Positions 1 to 9,142 of a stretch of DNA of 64,000 nucleotides are shown here, in pieces. Origin of the DNA: Ignavibacteriota bacterium (GTDB lineage: Bacteria > Bacteroidota > Ignavibacteria > UBA10030); contig CAVSHO010000010.1 of NCBI GenBank assembly GCA_963727825.1, forward strand, positions 96,001 through 160,000, written 5' to 3'. The notes beneath the pieces were generated by a model. It saw nothing but the letters and a program-made list of their open reading frames with translations, was not told where the DNA came from and made no database searches. The position numbers were made by a program, and so were the translations under genes. The stretch's first letter is position 1; each line of letters opens with the position of its first letter.

Positions 1-186
1 CTGTATAAGAATTTTTGTCAAAATACCTTGTACCGGTGAAGGAATTTCAGAATCAACCTTATCCGTGCTGATCTCGAGAATCGTTTCTTCTTTCTCGACC
101 TTTTCGCCTACCTTTTTTATCCAGCGGATTATTGTTCCTTCAAAAATACTTTCACCCATTTTCGGCATGATGATTTCAACTTGCAT
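1..186 (-). CDS. 2-oxoacid dehydrogenase E2 (dihydrolipoamide acyltransferase), N-terminal lipoyl domain; runs off the window edge
   Basis: Manual translation MQVEIIMPKMGESIFEGTIIRWIKKVGEKVEKEETILEISTDKVDSEIPSP contains the lipoyl-lysine motif TDKV; lies directly downstream of E1. Confidence 0.85.
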   Translation of the reverse strand, partial: MQVEIIMPKMGESIFEGTIIRWIKKVGEKVEKEETILEISTDKVDSEIPSPVQGILTKILIQ

Positions 187-197
187 AAGTATTTCTC

Positions 198-2246
198 TCA
201 ATAACGAGCGAGCTGTTCAAGTGCTGCAAGTATTTTTTGTTTGTTAGGCAGAACAGCATCTTCAAGCGGCGGGCTATAAGGTACGGGAGCATCTAAAGCA
301 GCAATTCGAACAACTGGTGCATCGAGATATTCAAAACAATTCGTAGTTATGAGCGCTGCAATCTCTGCCCCAAATCCACCTGTGAGAGTATCTTCATGAA
401 TGATTGCAACTCTATTCGTTTTCTTCGCTGATTTGTAGATTGTGTCTTCATCCAGTGGATTCAGTGTGCGCAGGTCAATGACTTCTACGCTCACACCGCT
501 TGCCTCCATCGTTCGTGCTGCTTCTAATGATTGCTGCACCATTGCTCCATAGGTGATAATTGTTATATCGTTTCCCTCACGCCGTAATGCTGCAACACCA
601 AACGGCACCATATAATTTGCATCAGGCTCGAGACTGGAAGCATATCCTTGCCGGTACAATGCTTTGTGTTCCATAAAAATCACAGGATCATCTCCGCGAA
701 TTGCAGATTTCAATAATCCTTTTGCGTCGGCAGCTGTGGATGGAAAAGCCAATCGAATTCCGGGAATATGCGCCATAAATCCTTCGATACTCTGACTGTG
801 GTAAAGCCCTCCATGAATATATCCGCCAACCGGGACCCTGATTACCATAGGGCAGGACCATGAACCATTTGAACGATAGCGCATCATTGCTAATTCATTC
901 CTGATCTGCATAAATGCGGGCCAAATATAGTCCCCAAACTGAATTTCTGTAACAGGAGTCCACCCATTTAATGCCATTCCAATTGCAGCGCCGACAATGC
1001 TTGCTTCTGCCAGTTGTGAGTTGAATGTCCGTTCGCTTCCGTATTTTGTCAGCAATCCTTTTGTTGCTGTAAAAACTCCGCCTTTTCCATCGGCAATATC
1101 TTCGCCGAACGTTACCATCTTTGGATTGGTTCCCATTTCTTCGTCCAAAGCATGGTTGATGGCATCTATCATAACAATTCTGTTTCCCGTATGTGTTGGC
1201 TCAACAAATTCCTTCGGCGGATGAGTGTAAGAGCTTCCATAGAGATTATACAAAACTGTTGAAGGATCCGGAAGCGATTGACTTTCTGCCCATTCTGCGG
1301 CATCATCGACGGTGCGCTTCACTTCTTCCTTCATCTTACGTGCTTCATCATCAAGCAAATATCCTTGCTCCATAAGGAAGCGAGCTAATCTTGGAATTGG
1401 ATCGCGCTGACGATCTAGCTCTATGTCTTCTGCTGTACGATATTTGCGATGATCGTCTGACGAGGAATGCGGCAGAAGACGAACGACATGTGCATGAATC
1501 AATGCTGGACCATTGTTTCCTCGCGCACGCTGCACAGCTTTTTGCATAGCCACGTATGTTTCTACGATATCAGTACCATCACATTGAAAACGTTCAAGCC
1601 CTTTGAAACCCTTTGTCACTTCGTAAATCGAACCACCGGCGGTCTGGGCAGTCACAGGAACCGAAATTGCTAGTTTGTTATCCTGAATAAAGAAAATCAC
1701 AGGCAGCGCTTCACGCGCTGCCCAGTTTATCGCCTCAAAAAATTCACCTTCGCTTGTCGCCCCTTCTCCGGAAGAGACATAGATGACCTCATTCAACTTT
1801 TCTTTCTTGACTGTTAGCGCAACTCCAACCGCTTGTAGAAATTGCGTTCCCGTGGGGCTGGACTGCGCAATAATTCGCAGCTGCTTCTTATTAAAATGCC
1901 CCGGCATTTGTCGAGCTCCACTCGCTGGGTCGTCTTCACGATGGAATGCAGCAAGAAAAATATCTTCCGGTGTCAAACCATATTGAAGAACAAAGGCCTG
2001 GTCACGGTAATAAGGAAAAGCCCAGTCGTATCCCGGCTGTAATGCCGCTGCTGCCGCAATTTGTGCTGCTTCATGCCCTGCTCCCCCGATGTGGAAAAAA
2101 GACTTCCCTTGTTTCAGGATCATTAATTGCTTTTCATCAATCCGACGGGAAAGAAGCATAATTCGATATGCATGAATCAAATCTTCTTTAGACAATCCAA
2201 TGACATGCACATCACTTGTTTTTCCTGGTTGCGTCGCACCTCTCAC
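198..2246 (-). CDS. 2-oxoacid (probably branched-chain) dehydrogenase E1, fused alpha/beta subunits
   Basis: TPP-binding GEGATSEG...DNK, HSSSDD, and beta-type FGEDI..GGVF..T and LYHSQS motifs in one 682-aa ORF. Confidence 0.92.
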   Translation of the reverse strand: MRGATQPGKTSDVHVIGLSKEDLIHAYRIMLLSRRIDEKQLMILKQGKSFFHIGGAGHEAAQIAAAAALQPGYDWAFPYYRDQAFVLQYGLTPEDIFLAAFHREDDPASGARQMPGHFNKKQLRIIAQSSPTGTQFLQAVGVALTVKKEKLNEVIYVSSGEGATSEGEFFEAINWAAREALPVIFFIQDNKLAISVPVTAQTAGGSIYEVTKGFKGLERFQCDGTDIVETYVAMQKAVQRARGNNGPALIHAHVVRLLPHSSSDDHRKYRTAEDIELDRQRDPIPRLARFLMEQGYLLDDEARKMKEEVKRTVDDAAEWAESQSLPDPSTVLYNLYGSSYTHPPKEFVEPTHTGNRIVMIDAINHALDEEMGTNPKMVTFGEDIADGKGGVFTATKGLLTKYGSERTFNSQLAEASIVGAAIGMALNGWTPVTEIQFGDYIWPAFMQIRNELAMMRYRSNGSWSCPMVIRVPVGGYIHGGLYHSQSIEGFMAHIPGIRLAFPSTAADAKGLLKSAIRGDDPVIFMEHKALYRQGYASSLEPDANYMVPFGVAALRREGNDITIITYGAMVQQSLEAARTMEASGVSVEVIDLRTLNPLDEDTIYKSAKKTNRVAIIHEDTLTGGFGAEIAALITTNCFEYLDAPVVRIAALDAPVPYSPPLEDAVLPNKQKILAALEQLARY

Positions 2247-2295
2247 GTCTGCTGAGGCTCCTTAAAAGTCATGAACAAACTTTATTGCTGATATC

Positions 2296-3033
2296 TCAAT
2301 CAACTGGCATACTCCGAGACAATTTATTCTCTTTGTACAGACATGGATGAAATTCCATAACCGTCGAGCTCAATTTTTCTCTTTCTATCCAATTAGGTTG
2401 ACATTCAAACACATCCGCAAAAGATTTCACTATCGACTTCTGGACAGATTCGATGGAAACTTCTCGATCCATCGTTCGCTGCATCGATGTTACGCCTTTA
2501 TGAAAGATGCCGCATGGAATGATTCGATCGAATTTCGATAAATCTGTATTAACATTGAGTGCGAATCCATGCATTGTTATCCATCGGTTCACCTTCACTC
2601 CGATGGCAGCTATCTTCTCGTTGTTCACCCAAACACCCGTCAAGTCTTTTTCCCGCTGCCCATAAATTCCGAAAGCAGCAAGCGCACGGATAATCACTTC
2701 TTCCAGGCTACGCAAATAGCGATGAATATCTAAAAAGTAATTATGAAGATCGATGATGGGATAACAGACAATCTGTCCGGGACCGTGGTACGTGATATCG
2801 CCGCCACGATCAATATGGAAAACTTCCGTACCAGAAATTTTTAGTTCTCCATCTGATGCCAGCAGATGATTGTCGTTCGTTGATTTGCCGAGGGTATAGA
2901 CATGTTCATGCTCGGTCAAAAGGAGTATATCCTGGATGCTGTTCGAATGCCGTAAAGTCCATACGTCTTGTTGAAGCTTCCACACCTCTGCGTACCGTGT
3001 GCGACCAAGGTTAGAAATAAGAAGAGGGATCAA
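2296..3033 (-). CDS. lipB: lipoyl(octanoyl) transferase
   Basis: EHEHVYTLG, RGGDITYHGPGQ, KIAAIG, HGFALN and IIPCG motifs. Confidence 0.95.
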   Translation of the reverse strand: MIPLLISNLGRTRYAEVWKLQQDVWTLRHSNSIQDILLLTEHEHVYTLGKSTNDNHLLASDGELKISGTEVFHIDRGGDITYHGPGQIVCYPIIDLHNYFLDIHRYLRSLEEVIIRALAAFGIYGQREKDLTGVWVNNEKIAAIGVKVNRWITMHGFALNVNTDLSKFDRIIPCGIFHKGVTSMQRTMDREVSIESVQKSIVKSFADVFECQPNWIEREKLSSTVMEFHPCLYKENKLSRSMPVD

Positions 3034-3054
3034 TATACTTCTCTTACTATATTT

Positions 3055-4449
3055 TTATATATGAATCGCAACATCAAATGCTTGCCCTGCTGCTTCCATA
3101 ACTGCTTCTGATAATGTTGGATGTGCATGCATCGTATTGTGCAGTTCTTCCCACGTTGTCTCAAGAGCTTTGGCAATTCCAAGTTCTGCAATTATTTCTG
3201 TCGCTTCAGAACAAATAATATGCGCACCGAGCAGTTCGCTGTACTTTTCATCAAAAATCAGTTTCACAGTTCCCTCAGTTTCGCCGATTGCCATTGCTTT
3301 CCCGAGAGGACGAAAAGGAAAACGTCCAATTTTTACTTTGTATCCTTTTGCAATTGCCGCATCTTCAGTTAATCCAACACTTGCAACTTGCGGCTGGCAA
3401 TATGTGCAGCTTGGAATATTTGTTTTATCGATGCCATGTTTCGCTTTTCCTGCAATGTGATCGATCGATATAATTCCTTCATGCGATGCAACATGTGCAA
3501 GCAACGGGGGCCCTGCTACATCGCCGACTGCATAGATCCCGTCTATATTCGTTTTCCCAAATTCATTCACTGCAATAAAGCCGCGATCTGTTTTAATGCC
3601 GAGTGCTTCTAATCCGAGATTTTCTACATTTGCCTGAACGCCAACAGCCATCAACGCTATGTCCGCAATGATGTCTTTCTTCCCTTCCTGATCAGAAACC
3701 GTTACTGTAACGATATCATCGATTTTCACACCCTCAACCTTTGTACTTGTGAGAATATCAATACCAGATTTCTTCAAACTTGCATCGAGAATCTTAGTGA
3801 TCTCTTTATCCTCCATCGGTAGAATTGATGGCAGCATCTCCACAATCGTCACTTTTGTGCCGAAAGAATTATAGAAGTAAGCAAATTCGACACCTATGGC
3901 ACCGCCGCCAATGATGATCATCGACTTAGGTTGCTCCGGCAATGTCATTGCTTCGGAACTTGTAATAATCTTTTTCCGGTCTATGGTAATTCCTGGAAGT
4001 GGGCGCGGTCTGCCGCCGGTTGCAATAACAATATTCTTCGTTTTTATAGTATCGGTGATCTTGCCGTCTTTTGTTACTTCAATCGAATTTCTTCCAGTCA
4101 GTTTTGCAGTTCCAGAGACAATTTCAATTTTATTCTTCCTCATTAGGTACTCAACACCTTTGGAAACGCGATTAGCAATTCCGCGGCTTCGTGCAATAAT
4201 TTTAGGAAAATCGTAAGACAACCCAGTATGAGTTATTCCGAACTCTTGCGATTTCTTAAAAGCATTATAAAGTTCCGCACTCTTAAGCAACGCTTTCGAT
4301 GGAATACATCCCCAATTTAGGCACACACCGCCAAGCTTTTCCCGTTCAATTAAACCGACTTTCATGCCCAGCTGAGCGGCACGAATTGCAGCCACATATC
4401 CTCCAGGACCGCCGCCAATCACTGTCACATCATATTGCCGTTCTGCCAT
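3055..4449 (-). CDS. lpdA: dihydrolipoyl dehydrogenase (E3)
   Basis: GGGPGGY FAD motif, redox CLNWGCIP, C-terminal HPTLSE. Confidence 0.96.
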   Translation of the reverse strand: MAERQYDVTVIGGGPGGYVAAIRAAQLGMKVGLIEREKLGGVCLNWGCIPSKALLKSAELYNAFKKSQEFGITHTGLSYDFPKIIARSRGIANRVSKGVEYLMRKNKIEIVSGTAKLTGRNSIEVTKDGKITDTIKTKNIVIATGGRPRPLPGITIDRKKIITSSEAMTLPEQPKSMIIIGGGAIGVEFAYFYNSFGTKVTIVEMLPSILPMEDKEITKILDASLKKSGIDILTSTKVEGVKIDDIVTVTVSDQEGKKDIIADIALMAVGVQANVENLGLEALGIKTDRGFIAVNEFGKTNIDGIYAVGDVAGPPLLAHVASHEGIISIDHIAGKAKHGIDKTNIPSCTYCQPQVASVGLTEDAAIAKGYKVKIGRFPFRPLGKAMAIGETEGTVKLIFDEKYSELLGAHIICSEATEIIAELGIAKALETTWEELHNTMHAHPTLSEAVMEAAGQAFDVAIHI

Positions 4450-4801
4450 AGGATTTCTTCCAAATGAGAAGGTTTCGACCGTTTCTTAATAATATAGCCA
4501 GAAATGCCCCGAAAGGCAAAACAGCCAATCGCGCCACTTCATGTATTCTCGTTTATTAACGATTAATAATGGCATCTAAGTTCCCTTCCATGATCGATAT
4601 TATTTTTTGCAATCATCACGAAATTGTTGCTTTTCGACAACAAGCGAACCTCGCAACGATAACCTACTAAGCACCGGCGAATTTGATTCCCATCATCATT
4701 ACACATCCAATATTAGAATAAATATTTCCCATAATTTAATTTTCGATTTCCGATTGATTCTTTTTTACTTTTCAGGTATGTTAAAATAAAAATATAAGCG
4801 G

Positions 4802-5263
4802 ATGTCTGAAGCACCACAGCGCATTTCCATAAGCAACCGCAAAGCGCGGCACGAATATTTTATTCTCGAAGCGTTGGAAGCTGGTATTGTTCTCACCGGC
4901 ACCGAGGTAAAATCGTTACGCAAAGGCAATGCAAATTTACAGGATAGTTATGCTGAATTGCGTAGCGGTGAAGTGTGGTTGGAAGGAATGCATATAAGTC
5001 CATACGAGCAAGGCAACATCAATAATCATGATCCTCGCCGTAGACGGAAGCTCCTCTTACAAAAGAAACAAATACGTAAGCTTATCGTCGGGATGAAGGA
5101 AAAAGGATTGACACTCATTCCATTGTCGGTATATTTTAAAGGACCCTACGCAAAAGTCGAGCTGGCATTGGCGCGCGGCAAGAAGAGTTATGATAAGCGT
5201 GATGCAATTGCCAAACGTGATGCAGAGCGTGACATTGCAAGAGCGAGAAGGAGTAGAACTTAA
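4802..5263 (+). CDS. smpB: SsrA-binding protein
   Basis: NRKARHEY, EAGIVLTGTEVKSLR and GKKSYDKR motifs. Confidence 0.97.
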   Translation: MSEAPQRISISNRKARHEYFILEALEAGIVLTGTEVKSLRKGNANLQDSYAELRSGEVWLEGMHISPYEQGNINNHDPRRRRKLLLQKKQIRKLIVGMKEKGLTLIPLSVYFKGPYAKVELALARGKKSYDKRDAIAKRDAERDIARARRSRT

Positions 5264-5266
5264 GAA

Positions 5267-6472
5267 TTGTTCCCAACCATTAATGAACAAATGGATGTTA
5301 TCAAGCGCGGTGCTTCGGAAATCATTCCGGAAGAAGACCTCGTCAAAAAGCTTGAGCACTCCATCAAAACAAATAAACCACTCAACATCAAACTTGGCTG
5401 CGACCCAAGCCGTCCTGATTTACATTTAGGTCATTCTGTTGTTCTTAGAAAACTTCGGCAGTTTCAGGATCTCGGTCATATTGCAATTCTCATCATCGGC
5501 GATTTTACTGGAATGATTGGCGATCCTTCGGGAAAGAGCAAGACACGGCCATCGTTGACACTTGAAGAAACACATCGTAACGGTCAATCTTATTTCGAAC
5601 AAGCGGAAAAAATACTTTCTAAACAAAGAGTATCGATGCAATATAATTCTGATTGGTTGAACAAAATGAGCTTTGCGGATGTTATTCGACTCGCCAGCAA
5701 GTACACAGTAGCTCGGATGTTGGAGCGGGATGATTTTACAGTTCGCTACAAAGCAGGCGAGCCAATCAGCGTACACGAATTTCTCTATCCCCTGGCACAA
5801 GCTATGGATTCGGTTGCTATCCATTCAGATGTCGAGCTTGGAGGAACAGATCAAAAATTCAATCTTTTAGTCGGAAGGGATATTCAGCGGGAATATAGTC
5901 AGGAACCGCAGGTTATTTTGACTATGCCGATCCTTGTTGGTACTGACGGTGTCGAGAAAATGAGCAAATCGTTAGATAACTATATTGGCATAAGCGATTC
6001 ACCGAAGGAAATATTTGGAAAAACGCTTAGCATTCCTGACAAATTGATTTACCAGTATTTTGAATTGGTCACAGATGTACCGAAGTTGGAATTAGCCGGA
6101 ATCAAATCCTCTTTAGAGGATATAAAAAATAATCCGCGGGATATAAAACGGCAACTTGCACGAACGCTTGTGCGGATGTATCATTCTCAGATTTCAGCGG
6201 ATGATGCTGAAAAAGAATTTGACAAGATATTTATTCAAAAAAGTATTCCGGACAATATTGAAGAATTCAAACTGATTAAATCAATCAATATTATTGCTTT
6301 GATGACTGAGGCAAAACTTGCTGTTTCAAAAGGCGAAGCGCGGCGGCTCGTCGATCAAGGCGGTGTCAGCATCGATGATGAGCGAGTTACCGATCCCAAC
6401 ATGCTCGTGCCGGATAAGGACGAGTTTATACTCAAAGTCGGGAAGCGGCGTTTTCTAAAAGTTAAACGTTAA
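5267..6472 (+). CDS. tyrS: tyrosine--tRNA ligase
   Basis: HLGH and KMSKS class I motifs, GGTDQKFN, C-terminal S4-like domain; TTG start. Confidence 0.96.
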   Translation: MFPTINEQMDVIKRGASEIIPEEDLVKKLEHSIKTNKPLNIKLGCDPSRPDLHLGHSVVLRKLRQFQDLGHIAILIIGDFTGMIGDPSGKSKTRPSLTLEETHRNGQSYFEQAEKILSKQRVSMQYNSDWLNKMSFADVIRLASKYTVARMLERDDFTVRYKAGEPISVHEFLYPLAQAMDSVAIHSDVELGGTDQKFNLLVGRDIQREYSQEPQVILTMPILVGTDGVEKMSKSLDNYIGISDSPKEIFGKTLSIPDKLIYQYFELVTDVPKLELAGIKSSLEDIKNNPRDIKRQLARTLVRMYHSQISADDAEKEFDKIFIQKSIPDNIEEFKLIKSINIIALMTEAKLAVSKGEARRLVDQGGVSIDDERVTDPNMLVPDKDEFILKVGKRRFLKVKR

Positions 6473-6500
6473 TTATTCACTATTTGGCGGAGAAAATAAA

Positions 6501-7046
6501 TTGTTCACCCCCACTAAAATATTTTTCACAAAAGGCGTTGGACGCCATAGAGATTACCTGCAATCTTTTGAACTTGCCTTACGCGACGCAGGAATTGAAA
6601 TCTGTAATCTCGTTTCTGTTTCCAGCATATATCCGCCAGGCTGCAAACGTATTCCGAAGGATGAAGGCATCAAGCAATTAAGCTCAGGTCAAATTACTTT
6701 TTGTGTGATGGCACGTAATGCTACAAACGAACCCAATCGTCTCATAGCCGCGTCGATCGGAGTTGCACAGCCTGCCGACGATTCTGTTTATGGATATCTT
6801 TCAGAGCACCATCCTTTTGGCGAGACCGATGAGCGTGCCGGTGAGTATGCAGAAGACCTTGCAGCTTCCATGCTTGCTACAACACTTGGAGTGCAGTTTG
6901 ATCCGAATACTGAATGGGATGAGCGGGAAAAAATATTCAAAATGTCCGGCAAGATTGTCCGCACATTCAACGTAACTCAATCTGCCGAAGGCGATAAGAA
7001 TGGTTTATGGACGTCGGTAGTTGCGGCTGCGATGTTACTACCGTAG
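6501..7046 (+). CDS. pdaD: pyruvoyl-dependent arginine decarboxylase
   Basis: [23 protein letters not shown] (Ser-Ser self-cleavage site) and GYLSEHH. Confidence 0.88.
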   Translation: MFTPTKIFFTKGVGRHRDYLQSFELALRDAGIEICNLVSVSSIYPPGCKRIPKDEGIKQLSSGQITFCVMARNATNEPNRLIAASIGVAQPADDSVYGYLSEHHPFGETDERAGEYAEDLAASMLATTLGVQFDPNTEWDEREKIFKMSGKIVRTFNVTQSAEGDKNGLWTSVVAAAMLLP

Positions 7047-7198
7047 CATCCGTTTGCTAATTAAATCCCACATTTGCACTCGTACCATGTTATCATCGCT
7101 TGCAGTGCCATCTTAGACATCCCGCTACATTAGAATTAATATTGAAAGCGGGTTAGAATAGCCGCAAGCTAGGCAGTAAAAGGTTTATATAGTTGCTA

Positions 7199-7555
7199 TT
7201 ATTTTGCCAATAGCCAATGTATAGCAGCCGATTTGTCAGGGAAGACCTTAAGCAATGCACCGCGATTTATTGCAGTATTTTCGAAAAATTTATTCTTAAA
7301 CACTTTTTGATATACAATCGCTATTTTGACATTGCGAAGAACAGATGCAATATATTCCCCAAGGTCAAAGCGATCCATCTCCGGTGGAGGCCCTGAAACT
7401 AGAGACAAATCAGCTAAAACACGACTACATCTGTAATTCTTTATTTCAGCAGGGACTGTGTCGATGAAAGCCTTCAATTCATCTGTAATCCACTTTCCAG
7501 TAACCGTGCAAGCCAGATAGTCAGATTCCGATTGGAAATCGATCGATAAGTTCAT
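7199..7555 (-). CDS. small hypothetical protein, STAS/SpoIIAA-like
   Basis: ATG at 7555 preceded by AAAGGAG; pattern VLADLS...KIAIV...FFENTAINRG..LKVF.D...AIHWL is typical of SpoIIAA-like small proteins. Confidence 0.6.
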   Translation of the reverse strand: MNLSIDFQSESDYLACTVTGKWITDELKAFIDTVPAEIKNYRCSRVLADLSLVSGPPPEMDRFDLGEYIASVLRNVKIAIVYQKVFKNKFFENTAINRGALLKVFPDKSAAIHWLLAK

Positions 7556-7572
7556 TACTAGCTCCTTTCGCT

Positions 7573-7639
7573 GCCTAACGGATAGCATTTAAGTCCCGAT
7601 TCGGCAAATTAATATTTCCCAATCAAATCGTTGTTAGCC
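7573..7639 (-). mobile_element. degenerate attC-like site (GGCTAAC...GTTAGGC) in front of the small gene
   Basis: The minus strand reads GGCTAAC, ~53 nt, GTTAGGC, then RBS and ATG. Internal L-box pairing is poor. Confidence 0.35.
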
Positions 7640-7656
7640 AGAAGCCTGAAATTGTA

Positions 7657-7680
7657 ATCCCGTCTTGCGGGATTTTTATT
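7657..7680. terminator. hairpin, probable intrinsic terminator
   Basis: aatcccg-tcttg-cgggatt followed by tttatt, downstream of cysE. Confidence 0.5.
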
Positions 7681-7690
7681 TCGTTTTTAT

Positions 7691-7768
7691 TTATGTCATG
7701 AATTCTATTTCTAAAGATGTGTTTCCTATTGTTTTCAGAACAGATTTCGTTCTTATAATTATTTTCAT
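7691..7768 (-). pseudogene. 25-codon remnant resembling the N-terminus of cysteine synthase
   Basis: MKIIIRTKSVLKTIGNTSLEIEFMT* starts 7 nt after the cysE stop; SVLKTIGNTSL resembles the CysK/CysM start motif S(I/V)LxxIGNTPL. Confidence 0.55.
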
Positions 7769-7775
7769 TTTTTGG

Positions 7776-8627
7776 TCAAATACTGAAATCGATTGGAGCA
7801 CCAGTCAATTCTTTCGGACGTACCGTGACTTTGCTTTCTTGATAGACAGATGAAAAAGGTGGTACGCTCGCTGTAAGCCAAACATTGCCTCCGATTACGC
7901 TATGACGGCCAACAACAGTCTCCCCGCCGAGAATAATTGCTTGTGCATAAATCACCACATTATCTTCAATGGTTGGATGGCGTTTTGATTTAGCAAACTT
8001 TTTGTCCACGCTCAGCGCCCCAAGTGTCACGCCTTGATACATTTTAACGTTATCACCAATGATTGAAGATTCACCAATTACAATACCTGTTCCATGATCA
8101 ATTGCAAATGACGAACCAATTTGCGCACCCGGATGAATATCAATTCCGGTCATTTGATGAGCATATTCTGTGATCAAGCGCGGGAATATCGGAACATGCA
8201 TTAAATAAAATTCATGCGCTAAGCGATAATACGCTATAGCTGTGAATCCTGGATATGCAAGTATGACTTCATCAATACTCTCTGCGGCCGGATCACCACT
8301 AGTGATTGCTTCAGCATCAAGCCAGAGTTTGTCGTGAATATTTGGAAGCGCAAGCATAAACTGCGTCACTATCGAATCCAAATTTAAAGGCATACCTTTC
8401 AATATTGGAATAAGCAAGCGTTTTAAATCACGTTCTAACAATACAAGGCGCGATTCAATTTCCTCCGTTGTATAGAATCCTTCCTTGCAAAAGTGTGGAA
8501 ATAAAACGGCAAGCATATTATCAATAAATTCTTGAGTCCCCTTTTTCATCTGGAATCCTAAAGAATGATCGTCGCGCCGTTCTTTCAAGGTTTTTGCGAA
8601 CTCGTTATATTTCATTTCGGTATTCAT
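7776..8627 (-). CDS. cysE: serine O-acetyltransferase (EpsC/CysE type)
   Basis: GDPAA..IDEVILAYPG, GIDIHPGA, IDHGTGIVIGE, YQGVTLG and KRHPTI motifs. Confidence 0.93.
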   Translation of the reverse strand: MNTEMKYNEFAKTLKERRDDHSLGFQMKKGTQEFIDNMLAVLFPHFCKEGFYTTEEIESRLVLLERDLKRLLIPILKGMPLNLDSIVTQFMLALPNIHDKLWLDAEAITSGDPAAESIDEVILAYPGFTAIAYYRLAHEFYLMHVPIFPRLITEYAHQMTGIDIHPGAQIGSSFAIDHGTGIVIGESSIIGDNVKMYQGVTLGALSVDKKFAKSKRHPTIEDNVVIYAQAIILGGETVVGRHSVIGGNVWLTASVPPFSSVYQESKVTVRPKELTGAPIDFSI

Positions 8628-8693
8628 TTCTTATCCTTTTCAAATTAAATAATGTAATAGTAATAATGCATTATATTTCAAATAGGTTCCAAT

Positions 8694-8732
8694 AAAAAAG
8701 CTCATCCTGATTAATCTGGACGAGCTTTTTTT
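8694..8732 (-). terminator. intrinsic terminator in the cysE 5' leader (attenuator)
   Basis: Minus-strand AAAAAAAGCUCGUCCAGA-UUAA-UCAGGAUGAGC-UUUUUU, ~65 nt upstream of the cysE ATG. Confidence 0.8.
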
Positions 8733-8755
8733 CATAAAAACAAAATTATAAATAT

Positions 8756-8869
8756 TCACAGCGTTTGTTTGTAATTGGCTCGTCCATTCATAGAAAAGCG
8801 ACAACAATTACACTGAAGCAGTTTTTTAACTTCATTTCCTTCAATATATTGCGAATTAATAATCTTCAT
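8756..8869 (-). CDS. putative Cys-rich leader peptide (37 aa)
   Basis: MKIINSQYIEGNEVKKLLQCNCCRFSMNGRANYKQTL*; three TGT codons within four codons (8801-8812), just upstream of the leader terminator. Confidence 0.6.
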   Translation of the reverse strand: MKIINSQYIEGNEVKKLLQCNCCRFSMNGRANYKQTL

Positions 8870-8885
8870 ATCGAAATCTACTAGA

Positions 8886-9052
8886 AGCTATCTTAAAAAT
8901 ACTATTCGCTGTCAGACTAAGCTTGCCTGCCCACTGAAAAAATTCTTTTGCAGGCGGATCGAAGTCTGATCTGTGGCATATTCCGTCACCCTTCGTGCTT
9001 CGACTTTGCTCAACATGACTCAGGGTGACTTAGAATCATTTTTGGGATGGTT
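8886..9052. repeat. composite REP-like palindromic element
   Basis: gtcagact...agtctga (8911-8969) and gtcaccct...cagggtgac (8985-9029), each with an inner hairpin; imperfect outer inverted repeats. Confidence 0.55.
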
Positions 9053-9142
9053 TATAGATTTAATATGTATAAAGAAATAATTCAATTCAAGGGCTCGATG
9101 TATTTTTTGCACAATACAACGTTTGTTCTATTGCTTTCTTGG

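Noticed and set aside
4450-4801. tmRNA or other ncRNA beside smpB
   Set aside because: No tRNA-like ends or tag reading frame recognised.
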